Below are positions 24,592-32,912 of a stretch of 64,000 bases of DNA, piece after piece. The stretch is from Bryobacteraceae bacterium. Lineage in GTDB: Bacteria > Acidobacteriota > Terriglobia > Bryobacterales > Bryobacteraceae. A model generated the notes under the pieces. The model saw nothing but the letters and a program-made list of their open reading frames with translations. It was not told the origin of the DNA and did not search any database. The position numbers and the translations under genes are program-made. The DNA lies in contig DATJNW010000105.1 of NCBI GenBank assembly GCA_035507655.1, forward strand, positions 9,660 through 73,659, written 5' to 3'. How positions within the stretch are numbered: the stretch's first letter is position 1; every line of letters begins with the position of its first letter.

Positions 24592-24908
24592 GTTCAGCAG
24601 TCAATCCCGTCAGCTCGCCAACGAACACCAATGCCAGTTCGTCGAACACCGCAACCACCGCGGCCATCAACGCGACGGATTCGTTGGGCAACGAAGACAC
24701 TTTTCTGCAACTGCTGGTGGCGCAGATCCAGAATCAGGATCCGACGAACCCAGTGGACAGCAACACCTTTCTGACGCAGTTGGCTGAGTTCAGCCAGCTC
24801 GAGCAACTGATCGGAATCCGGCAGGGCGTTTCCGAACTGGACCCGACCACCGGTTCGACAACCGCCGGCACTACGCCAACGGATGGAACCACCCCCACAC
24901 AAAACTAG
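24588..24908 (+). CDS. flgD: hook capping protein FlgD, minimal form (N-terminal region only)
   Basis: 106 aa starting at the ATG at 24588 (ATGA overlap with fliK). Contains DTFLQLLVAQIQNQDPTNPVDSNTFLTQLAEFSQLEQL. flgE starts 18 nt after the stop. Confidence 0.8.
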   Translation: MSSAVNPVSSPTNTNASSSNTATTAAINATDSLGNEDTFLQLLVAQIQNQDPTNPVDSNTFLTQLAEFSQLEQLIGIRQGVSELDPTTGSTTAGTTPTDGTTPTQN

Positions 24909-24926
24909 CGAAAGAGGAACACGCAC

Positions 24927-26162
24927 ATGTCGTCTTTTTATACTGCACTCTCCGGCCTCCAAGCTTCCACCACCGCCCTCGATGTGGTTGGAAACAACCT
25001 GGCCAATATGAATACGCAAGGCTTCAAATCCGATGACATCCTTTTTGAGGACGCCATGAACGAGGCCACCAGTTCGCTGCAAGTCGGCGCGGGCGTGGGC
25101 CAGACGATCACCAACACCGACTTTACCCAAGGCAATATCACCAACACCGCACAGCCTCTCAACCTGGCGATTCAAGGCAACGGATTCTTCGTCGTCCAGA
25201 ACAGCACCGGCCAGATGCTCTACACCCGCGACGGAAATTTCAGCCTGAATTCGCAGGGCCAACTGGTCGACGCCAACGGCGATCAGGTGCAAGGCTGGAT
25301 GGCGACCGACGGCACGGTGAATCCTTCGGGCGCGACGGCGGGCATCACCGTTCCGCTGCTGACCTCGCTTCCGCCGGTGGCCACGCAAAATATGAGCCTG
25401 ACCGCGAATCTGGACAGCAGTGCGGCGGTCGGCACCACCTTCTCCACTCCGATTCAGGTTTACGATTCGCTGGGGAACGCGCAGACGCTGACGGTGACGT
25501 TTACCAATACCGCTGCCGGCGCATGGAGCTACGCGGTTCAAATTCCGGGCCAGGACCTGCAAGGCGGCACGGCGGGAACCATGACGTCGCTGGCGACCGG
25601 AAATCTCGCTTTCAATTCCAGTGGCCAACTGACATCGCCCGCGGCCGGAGCCCCGGTCACGGTCACCAACGGCACGGCGCTGGCCGACGGCGCCGCGACG
25701 CTGAACATCAATTGGAACCTGTACGACGCGAACAACAATCCGACAATCACCGACTACGCGGAAACCTCCGCTTCCTCGGGCACCACGCAGGACGGCTCGG
25801 CCGCGGCCACGGTGACCGGAGTTTCGCTTACCAACGGCGGGTTGATGGTCGCGAATTATTCGAACGGCACGCAGCAGGACCTGGCGCAGGTTGCGCTCGC
25901 CGCGGTGTCGAACCCGAACACGATGATCGCGACGGCCAATAACGATTTCACCCTGGGCCCCGGGACCATCACGCCAAGCGTGGGAGCGGCGGGCACCGGC
26001 GCGCGCGGGGACCTGGTGGGCGAATCGCTCGAAGCGTCAAACGTCGACATGGCCACGCAGTTCACCGATCTGATTGTTTACCAGGAGAGCTATGAGGCGA
26101 ATTCCAAGGTGCTCACGACGGTGGACCAGATGGATCAGGCGCTGCTCGCGATCAATCCGTAA
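24927..26162 (+). CDS. flgE: flagellar hook protein FlgE
   Basis: 411 aa. N-terminal MSSFYTALSGLQASTTALDVVGNNLANMNTQGFK and C-terminal LIVYQESYEANSKVLTTVDQM. Confidence 0.95.
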   Translation: MSSFYTALSGLQASTTALDVVGNNLANMNTQGFKSDDILFEDAMNEATSSLQVGAGVGQTITNTDFTQGNITNTAQPLNLAIQGNGFFVVQNSTGQMLYTRDGNFSLNSQGQLVDANGDQVQGWMATDGTVNPSGATAGITVPLLTSLPPVATQNMSLTANLDSSAAVGTTFSTPIQVYDSLGNAQTLTVTFTNTAAGAWSYAVQIPGQDLQGGTAGTMTSLATGNLAFNSSGQLTSPAAGAPVTVTNGTALADGAATLNINWNLYDANNNPTITDYAETSASSGTTQDGSAAATVTGVSLTNGGLMVANYSNGTQQDLAQVALAAVSNPNTMIATANNDFTLGPGTITPSVGAAGTGARGDLVGESLEASNVDMATQFTDLIVYQESYEANSKVLTTVDQMDQALLAINP

Positions 26163-26174
26163 AGGATAAGCTAA

Positions 26175-26429
26175 ATGATTTCTCACGAACAGATTCGCCG
26201 TTACGCAGACCTTCCCGTGGTGCTCGAGTCCGAAATCGGGCGATCCATGTTGTCGGTGCGAGAGGTGCTTTCCCTCTCGCCCGGCAGCGTGATCCAACTG
26301 CCGGCCGCCGGGGGTACGCAGGTGCAATTGCTCGCCGGCGGAGCGCCGTTCGCCATGGGCGAGCTGATCCGATCGGGCGGGACGGAGGCGATCCGGGTAT
26401 TGAGCTTTGGCATCGGAAAGAGCCGCTGA
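26175..26429 (+). CDS. fliN: FliN-like SpoA-domain switch protein
   Basis: 84 aa. Contains LPVVLESEIGRSMLSVREVLSLSPGSVIQL..FAMGELI. Sits in the canonical fliN slot before fliO and fliP. Confidence 0.75.
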   Translation: MISHEQIRRYADLPVVLESEIGRSMLSVREVLSLSPGSVIQLPAAGGTQVQLLAGGAPFAMGELIRSGGTEAIRVLSFGIGKSR

Positions 26430-26430
26430 G

Positions 26431-26724
26431 ATGGAGATTGCTCAACAACTGCTGGCGATCACCCTGGTCTTAGGCGCCCTTTGCGCAGCCGTGTGGGCGC
26501 TGAAGCGAAAAGGCTGGGCGAGCGTCCGCGTGGGAGCCTCGCGCAATGGTCAGAAGCGCCTCGAAGCGATCGACCGGTTGGTTCTCACGCCGCACCACTC
26601 GGTGCATCTGATCCGCGTCGCGGACCGGACGCTGCTGGTGGGCCTTTCGCCGAACGGCTGCAATCTGCTCGAAACCTCCCCTGCGTCCAGCCTCGCGCCG
26701 CGGGAATTGGATCACCCATGCTGA
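26431..26724 (+). CDS. fliO: flagellar export protein FliO
   Basis: 97 aa from the ATG at 26431. A single TM segment (LLAITLVLGALCAAVWAL) followed by RLEAIDRLVLTPHHSVHLIRVADRTLLVG. Precedes fliP. Confidence 0.65.
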   Translation: MEIAQQLLAITLVLGALCAAVWALKRKGWASVRVGASRNGQKRLEAIDRLVLTPHHSVHLIRVADRTLLVGLSPNGCNLLETSPASSLAPRELDHPC

Positions 26725-27446
26725 GAATTTTCTGGATCGCGGCGCTAAGCGCTTCAAGCGCCTGGGCCGCGCGCAGTGCGGATTCGCTGGCGAAAGCGGG
26801 CATAAACGGAACCACGTCCTCGCTCAGCCTGCCCATGCAGATCGCGCTGTCGATGACCTTGATGGTGCTGCTGCCGGCGGCGGTCATGTCGATCACGCCG
26901 TTTTTGCGGATCACGATCGTGCTTCATTTTTTGCGCCAGGCGCTCGGCACCCAGACGACGCCGTCCAATCAGGTGCTGGTCGGACTGGCGCTGTTTTTGT
27001 CGATGGTGATCATGCAACCGGTGATCACCGATATTTATCACAACGCGTGGCAACCGATGGACGAAGGGAAAATCAGCGCCAGCCAGGCGTTCGATAACGG
27101 AGCGAAGCCGATGAAGGCTTTCCTCTCGCGATTCACGCGTGAAAAGGACGTCAAGCTGTTTCTCGAAGTGACCAAGGATCCGGCTCCAAGGAACGTCTCC
27201 GATCTGGGGCTGGACGTTTTGATTCCCGCCTACATTCTCTCCGAGCTCAAAACCGGTTTTCAGATCGGCGCGATGCTGTTTTTGCCGTTTCTGGTGATCG
27301 ACCTGGTGGTCGCCTCCGTGACGTTGTCGATCGGCATGGTGCAATTGCCGCCGCAGATGCTATCGGCGCCCTTCAAGATCCTGCTGTTTGTGCTGGTGGA
27401 CGGATGGAACCTGGTGGTCGGATCGCTGCTCAAATCGTTCTCCTGA
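26718..27446 (+). CDS. fliP: flagellar export apparatus protein FliP
   Basis: The internal ATG at 26718 overlaps the fliO stop. Contains ITPFLRITIVLHFLRQALGTQTTPSNQVLVGLALFLSMVIM..GFQIGAMLFLPFLVIDLVVASV. Confidence 0.95.
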   Translation: MLRIFWIAALSASSAWAARSADSLAKAGINGTTSSLSLPMQIALSMTLMVLLPAAVMSITPFLRITIVLHFLRQALGTQTTPSNQVLVGLALFLSMVIMQPVITDIYHNAWQPMDEGKISASQAFDNGAKPMKAFLSRFTREKDVKLFLEVTKDPAPRNVSDLGLDVLIPAYILSELKTGFQIGAMLFLPFLVIDLVVASVTLSIGMVQLPPQMLSAPFKILLFVLVDGWNLVVGSLLKSFS

Positions 27447-27471
27447 AAATTTTTAAGAAAAGGAATTTTTT

Positions 27472-27741
27472 ATGACCCCGGAAAGCGTAATTCACCTGAT
27501 TCGCGAAGCGTTGCTGGCCGCGTTCTGGATCAGCGCACCGCTGCTGGCCATTGGATTGAGCGTCGGCATCGTGATGAACATGGTCCAGGTGGCGACGTCG
27601 CTCCAGGACAACGCTTTCAGCACGTTTCCCCGCCTGGCCGCATTTCTCGCCGGCTTGACCATGCTGATGCCGTGGATGCTGAAGCAGTGGACCGGCTACA
27701 TGATCCGGCTGTGCGGCGAAATCGCCCATTATGGCCACTGA
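27472..27741 (+). CDS. fliQ: flagellar export apparatus protein FliQ
   Basis: 89 aa. Contains LLAIGLSVGIVMNMVQVATSLQDNAFSTFPRL. Confidence 0.9.
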   Translation: MTPESVIHLIREALLAAFWISAPLLAIGLSVGIVMNMVQVATSLQDNAFSTFPRLAAFLAGLTMLMPWMLKQWTGYMIRLCGEIAHYGH

Positions 27742-28504
27742 GCTGACGCTCGAAACGGGCACGCTGTACGCGTTCCTGCTGGTGCTGACGCGTATTTCCG
27801 GCGCTTTTATTTTTATCCCGCTGCCGGGGATCAAGGCCGGACCGGAAATGACGCGAGCGGTTTTGGCTCTCAGTTTAACCTTCGTCCTGTTTCCGGCGTG
27901 GCCCAAAATCGACGGCTCCGGCGTCGGGCTGGGATTGCTGATCTGGTGGCTGCTCGCCGAAGCCGGAATCGGAATCGGCGTGGGACTCACGGTCGCGTTT
28001 CTGATGGAGGGATTTCAGGTGGGCGCGCAGATCATCAACCTTCAGGCGGGGTACAGTTTCGCCACTACCATCGATCCCAATTCCGGAGCGGATTCGCCGG
28101 TGCTGCTGGCGATCGCGGAGCTCAGCGCGGGACTGCTGTTTTTCGCCACCGGTCTCGACCGGAAGATTCTGCTGGCTCTGGCGCACAGCCTGGCCACGCA
28201 GCCGCCGGGACATTTCGCCATTTCGCCGTCCGTGCTCAACGCGCTGATCAAGCTCGGCTCGATGATTTTCATCACCGGTCTACGGCTGATTCTGCCGGTG
28301 CTGGGATTGTTGCTGATGGTCGAAATTTCGGTGGCGCTGCTGGCGCGTCTCAATTCGCAGCTGCACCTGATGATGCTGACCTTTCCGTTAAAGATGCTGC
28401 TCGCGCTGGTCCTGCTTTCCTGGCTGATCGCGATTTTTCCGACGGTTTTTTCGCAGGTGGCCGGTCCGGTGTTTGATGTGATTCGCCGGCTTCTGTCTTC
28501 CTGA
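27731..28504 (+). CDS. fliR: flagellar export apparatus protein FliR
   Basis: 257 aa polytopic membrane protein located between fliQ and flhB. Confidence 0.9.
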   Translation: MATELTLETGTLYAFLLVLTRISGAFIFIPLPGIKAGPEMTRAVLALSLTFVLFPAWPKIDGSGVGLGLLIWWLLAEAGIGIGVGLTVAFLMEGFQVGAQIINLQAGYSFATTIDPNSGADSPVLLAIAELSAGLLFFATGLDRKILLALAHSLATQPPGHFAISPSVLNALIKLGSMIFITGLRLILPVLGLLLMVEISVALLARLNSQLHLMMLTFPLKMLLALVLLSWLIAIFPTVFSQVAGPVFDVIRRLLSS

Positions 28505-28508
28505 AATC

Positions 28509-29585
28509 ATGGCGGATTCCAACAAAACTGAAAAACCGACCGGGCGGCGCCTGCAACGGGCCCGCTCAGAGGGTCAGTTTGTTGCCTCTCGCGACATGCT
28601 CACGGCCGGACATTTTCTGGTGTTCGTGATCATGTTGGGAGCGTTCTTTCCGGTCTGGTTCGACGGGATGAAAGCCATGCTGCGGGATTTTCTGGCGGCG
28701 GCGTTTCACGGCGAATTGGACATTGCGCGCGCTCCGGGAATCGCCCGCGCCCTGATCGATCGCGCCTTTTTGCCGCTTGCGGGCGTGGCGTTTGCGGCCG
28801 TGGTGACGTCGCTCGCCGTGCAGCTTTCGATCACCCGGATGGGATTCACTTTTAAAAAATTTCTACCGGATTTCGGCCGCTTCAACCCGGCCAACAAGAT
28901 CCGCCAGATCGCCACCCAGGCGCCGGTTGCCCTGCTCCAGACAACGGCCATGCTGGTGGTGTTCAGCACGACGATTTATTACGTCGCCAAGGAAAACGCG
29001 GGAATTTTTTTGTCGCTTCCGTTCGCCAGTCTCGAAGTCGGAATTTCGACCATCGCCGCGTCGCTCAAAGAACTGCTGTGGAAGGCCACGGCGGTGTTTA
29101 TTGTCTTTGGCGTGATTGACTTCGTCCGGCAGCGACGGCGCTACATGGAAGGGTTGAAAATGACCAAGCAGGAGGTCAAAGACGAGGTGAAGGATATGGA
29201 AGGCAACCCCCATGTGCGCGGCAAAATCCGCCGCCTGCGCCGCGACCTGGCGCGGCGCCGGATGATGAAAGCGGTGCCGGCCGCAACGGCCGTGATCGTG
29301 AACCCGACGCACTACGCCGTCGCCTTGAAATACGAGCACACCACCATGGCGACGCCGGTGGTGGTCGCCAAAGGCAGAGATTTCCTGGCGCTGCGGATTC
29401 GCCAGCTGGCGATTGAAAATCAGGTGCCACTGGTGGAAAATCCGCCGCTCGCGCAAGCGCTGTACAAATCGGTGGAGGTGGGGCGCGAAATTCCCGCGAA
29501 TCTGTATCGGGCCGTGGCGGAAGTTCTCGCCTACATTCATCGGCTCCGGAATTTGCGGCCAGGCAAAGGGCGCCGCGCGCGCTGA
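28509..29585 (+). CDS. flhB: flagellar export switch protein FlhB
   Basis: 358 aa. Contains NKTEKPTGRRLQRARSEGQ, the autocleavage motif VIVNPTHYAVAL and MTKQEVKDEVKDMEGNPHVRGKIR. Confidence 0.95.
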   Translation: MADSNKTEKPTGRRLQRARSEGQFVASRDMLTAGHFLVFVIMLGAFFPVWFDGMKAMLRDFLAAAFHGELDIARAPGIARALIDRAFLPLAGVAFAAVVTSLAVQLSITRMGFTFKKFLPDFGRFNPANKIRQIATQAPVALLQTTAMLVVFSTTIYYVAKENAGIFLSLPFASLEVGISTIAASLKELLWKATAVFIVFGVIDFVRQRRRYMEGLKMTKQEVKDEVKDMEGNPHVRGKIRRLRRDLARRRMMKAVPAATAVIVNPTHYAVALKYEHTTMATPVVVAKGRDFLALRIRQLAIENQVPLVENPPLAQALYKSVEVGREIPANLYRAVAEVLAYIHRLRNLRPGKGRRAR

Positions 29586-29644
29586 GTTGCCGAATCTCGG
29601 AATGGCTGTCGAGATGCTTACTTTTTAAAGGAGGGACATCGGGT

Positions 29645-30358
29645 ATGGTGATCGGGGCTACCGCGACATCGTCGACCACAAATCAGGAAAATTCAGTTTT
29701 GCAGAACGCCGGCTCCCAGACAACGTCGGATTTCCTACAGCAACTTGAGTCTGCGATCGAGAACGCGCTCACAACCGCGGGAATGTCGAATGAGTTCAAC
29801 GTTCAGGTGCAAGACACCGCGTCCCAGACGGCGGCGAATCCGCAATACACCATCGCTCTGACCGCAAATCCGGAGTCGTCCGCGACCGCGGCATCGCCGG
29901 CCAACACTGGGAGCAGCGAAAACCCGACGGTTTCCGGCGGCGATTCGACGATGACGCCCACGGACGCTTATTGGGCGGCTCAACCCGCCGCGGTCCAGGC
30001 GCTTCGCTACGCGCCCGACGACGAAAAAGCGGCGATGGCGGAACAACTGGCCACGGAAGGTTACGCGATTGACGTTCCGATCATGGTTTGGGGCTCGGAT
30101 CCGCTGGCGACGATGATCCAACGCCAGGAAGAAGGCTACACGTGGGTGCCTTCCGCACTTCAGTCGAGCGTTCAGGACGCGCCTGGAGTATCGATGCCTG
30201 GCGTCACTCCCTACAACCCGGACGATCCGCCGGCCGGCTCGATCGCCGTGAGCACCGCTTTCGCCAATGGCACGGATATCGCCGCCGACCCGATCGCCGA
30301 GGAGTGGCTCCAGGGGCAAGCGTCTTCGGCAAGTAGCACCAGCTCGCTGACGAGCTAG
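29645..30358 (+). CDS. hypothetical protein, last gene of the flhB operon
   Basis: 237 aa. Strong RBS (AAGGAGGG) 59 nt after the flhB stop. Polar, low-complexity N- and C-termini. No motif I recognise. Confidence 0.6.
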   Translation: MVIGATATSSTTNQENSVLQNAGSQTTSDFLQQLESAIENALTTAGMSNEFNVQVQDTASQTAANPQYTIALTANPESSATAASPANTGSSENPTVSGGDSTMTPTDAYWAAQPAAVQALRYAPDDEKAAMAEQLATEGYAIDVPIMVWGSDPLATMIQRQEEGYTWVPSALQSSVQDAPGVSMPGVTPYNPDDPPAGSIAVSTAFANGTDIAADPIAEEWLQGQASSASSTSSLTS

Positions 30359-30444
30359 CCAAGGTCCTCAGTCGTTCGTGCAGGCGCCTCGCCGCACGTT
30401 CGCGCTGCCTTCAGTCCGCCTGTTCGTTTGCAAAACGAAAAGGT

Positions 30445-30466
30445 GCGCCGATTAAAAAATCGGCGC
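30445..30466. terminator. 9-bp GC-rich hairpin (GCGCCGATT-AAAA-AATCGGCGC); the U-tract is present only for minus-strand transcription
   Basis: Perfect stem seen in the sequence. The flank CCTTTTCGTTTTGC follows the hairpin on the minus strand. On the plus strand there is no T-tract after it. Confidence 0.35.
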
Positions 30467-30637
30467 GCGGGTTAAGAACCTGCGCCACCAAGCCATGGCG
30501 ACCGATGTATTTCACGAAATTCAATAAGTAGATTTTTGTGAGCAACCAAGGGTCTAACTGGCCGCTGAAGGCCGCCACGGTGAGTCCACAGTTCAGCCGA
30601 TACGACCGATAAAGTTCAGAGGAGGCTACTGCTAACC

Positions 30638-31786
30638 ATGCCACATAGATTTGCCGCAACAGCGATTCTCCTGATGAGCCTGATCGCGCTGCACGGGCAA
30701 ACATCCGCCGACCTTCAAACCTCGATGAGTCCCGTCACAGGTCAACCTGGACGCGCCGGCCTGAACAGCTACCAGAGCTGGCAGGATCCGAAGGAGGGAG
30801 CGTTCGTCGTTTCTTTGCCGCGTGGCTGGCGGATCTCGCTCGGCACCCAGCGCACCACGCGCCTCGAGCCCCACTACGTGATTCGCGCCCAGTCGCCCGA
30901 TGGCGGTGCGCAACTGTTTATGGACGATCCCCGCATCGCGCTGCGGCAGGTTCCCAACCTGATGACCGCGCGAATGGGCTGGCGCGAGGGCTCGGTGATT
31001 CCCGCGGCGGCCGGTGTCAAACTGCTGCTCGAGCGCTATCAACCCGCGCCCCAGTCGGCCGCCAGCTATATCCGCAAAGCTGTTTGTCCGTCGGCGAGCG
31101 GTTTCGAAGGCGGCATCATCACCGGCCAGACCCGGGATTTGAATCAGCGCTTCGGCATGATCGCCCAAGCCGAGGGCAAACAGATTCACGTTGATGCCGG
31201 CGAACTCGCGTTCCGGTGCGGCTCTCAAAACGGGTACGTCTACGCCATCACCCTGCAAGCCTGGCAGCCCGGCGGGCAGGTCTCGATTTGGGAGATTTAT
31301 CGCATTGCCGGGTTCCTGACCACACCGGGCGAAAGCGGCGCGGCCGCCGACGCCATGCACGTATTGCTCGAAAGTTTTCAAATGAACCAGCAATGGTTGC
31401 AGAGCTTCGCTCGCGAATGCAATGACATCGCCGGCAACGTGATCCGCGAATCCAATGCGATCACTCAATCGACCGTCGAGCGATGCAAACAGATGGATGA
31501 GCAGTCCCGCCAGCAGATGGCAAATTGGAAGAAAAACTCCGACGCCAGCTTCAAAGCCTTCGAAGGTCACGAACGCGAGGCGAACAGCACGGGGGACTCG
31601 AGCGGCCACGATTACAATGCACAACTGAATCAAAAGACCGTCTGCAACGGCGTCGGCGATTGCCAGCCCGTGGACGCCAGTGTGACCAACTGGTGGTTTG
31701 ACTGTAGCGGCAAGGCTCATCCTGGCGCGGAAAGCGGCGATCCTCCGCCCAGCAGTCAAAGCGCCTGTTGGACCAAGGGAAAATAG
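30638..31786 (+). CDS. exported hypothetical protein with a Cys-containing C-terminus
   Basis: 382 aa. RBS AGAGGAGG. Signal peptide MPHRFAATAILLMSLIALHGQTSA. No recognisable family. Confidence 0.65.
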   Translation: MPHRFAATAILLMSLIALHGQTSADLQTSMSPVTGQPGRAGLNSYQSWQDPKEGAFVVSLPRGWRISLGTQRTTRLEPHYVIRAQSPDGGAQLFMDDPRIALRQVPNLMTARMGWREGSVIPAAAGVKLLLERYQPAPQSAASYIRKAVCPSASGFEGGIITGQTRDLNQRFGMIAQAEGKQIHVDAGELAFRCGSQNGYVYAITLQAWQPGGQVSIWEIYRIAGFLTTPGESGAAADAMHVLLESFQMNQQWLQSFARECNDIAGNVIRESNAITQSTVERCKQMDEQSRQQMANWKKNSDASFKAFEGHEREANSTGDSSGHDYNAQLNQKTVCNGVGDCQPVDASVTNWWFDCSGKAHPGAESGDPPPSSQSACWTKGK

Positions 31787-31828
31787 GGTGCTTGAGGGCT
31801 TGTGACCGGATCTGCGCAGGCCGCCGGC

Positions 31829-32167
31829 TCATCCGATTCGCAAGGCGGCCATCGGATCGATTCGGGCCGCGCGGCGCGCGGGAATATAGGCCGCCAGCAG
31901 CGCGACTCCCAGCGTCCGGAAATAGCCCGGAGTCACCGCTTCGAGCACTCCGAAATTTTCGGTATTGGTGTAATCGGCGAGGGGCCGGCCTTCCACGGTG
32001 AGATTGGTGCGCATGAACATGGTCAATGGCAGCGACATCGCGACCGTCGCCGCGCGCACTCCCGCGAGCGTTTCCGCGCGCGACGTCAGCTCATTGAAGG
32101 ACGCCAATTTTTTCGCGTCGATCGAGTAGTGCGCCGGCGGCGGAAAAGTTTCTTGATTTTCGGCCAT
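31829..32167 (-). pseudogene. remnant of a MacB/FtsX-type (ADOP-like) permease downstream of PadR
   Basis: A 112-aa ORF joins a periplasmic-domain fragment (LAGVRAATVAMSLPL..LTVEGRPL..VTPGYFRTLGV) directly to the extreme C-terminal motif LLAAYIPARRAARIDPMAALR. All TM bundles are missing. Confidence 0.5.
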
Positions 32168-32173
32168 AGCATC

Positions 32174-32533
32174 TCATCCCTCCGGCGCCAGCACGCGAGC
32201 CATCGCTTCCGCAAATCGTTGCCACTTCGACGTCGCCGCGTGGAACTGCCGGCGTCCCGCTGGCGTCAGGCGATAATACTTGGCGCGCCGCGCGTGGGGC
32301 GACGTCTTCCATTCCGCCTCAATCGAGCGGCGTTCGAGCAGGCGCTGCAACGCCGGATACAGCGACCCGTTGTCCACCAGGAACTGCCGGCCGGATTGCG
32401 CCTCCAGAAATTGCGCGATTCCGTACGCGTGATTGGGCGCGGCACGAAGGCTCCGCAGAATGAGCACTTCGAGCGTGCCTTGCAGGAATTCCAGGCGCTC
32501 AGATGGATCTTCTACCGTAGACATACTACCCAT
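32174..32533 (-). CDS. PadR-family transcriptional regulator
   Basis: Contains GTLEVLILRSLRAAPNHAYGIAQFLEAQSGRQFLVDNGSLYPALQRLLERRSIEAEW..RAKYYRLTPAGRRQ. Start is at the ATG at 32533 or 32524. Confidence 0.85.
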   Translation of the reverse strand: MGSMSTVEDPSERLEFLQGTLEVLILRSLRAAPNHAYGIAQFLEAQSGRQFLVDNGSLYPALQRLLERRSIEAEWKTSPHARRAKYYRLTPAGRRQFHAATSKWQRFAEAMARVLAPEG

Positions 32534-32912
32534 ACTGACCCAAGCCGCGGCGCTGGTCAAGCCAGCCCTTCGCACGCCGGCCGGGCGACCGCATTCCAGC
32601 AGTGCCGTAGGGCGAATCCTGAGAAACCTTAAGGTTGCTTCCGAATGGCTGCTCGAAGCAAAGCTAAGTACGATTGCCGAGTGACTGTTTTGTAACCGCT
32701 TCGCAAGTGCTCGCCGGAACTGTCGGGTTGGTTGGAACCCTGTCGTTCACCGATCGGACCGGCACGGCGCGCGCCGGACTAGCATTTTTCGGTCTCGCTG
32801 CGCTCGCATAGATCCGCAGTTGACGCCTCTTTTTGTCCGCAGTCTCCCTGCGCGCAGGATACGTGTGTCTCCGGCCGGCCTGTGAACGGAATTTTATCTG
32901 GAGGTTTGGTAA

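Noticed and set aside
30411-30704. 97-aa minus-strand ORF in the gap after the flagellar cluster.
   Set aside because: It runs through a strong hairpin and overlaps the RBS and start of the 30638 gene. It has no RBS and an odd composition.
30632-31759. 375-aa minus-strand ORF mirroring the 30638-31786 gene.
   Set aside because: The plus-strand frame has a strong RBS, a clean signal peptide and protein-like composition. The minus-strand frame has none of these, so I kept only the plus-strand gene.
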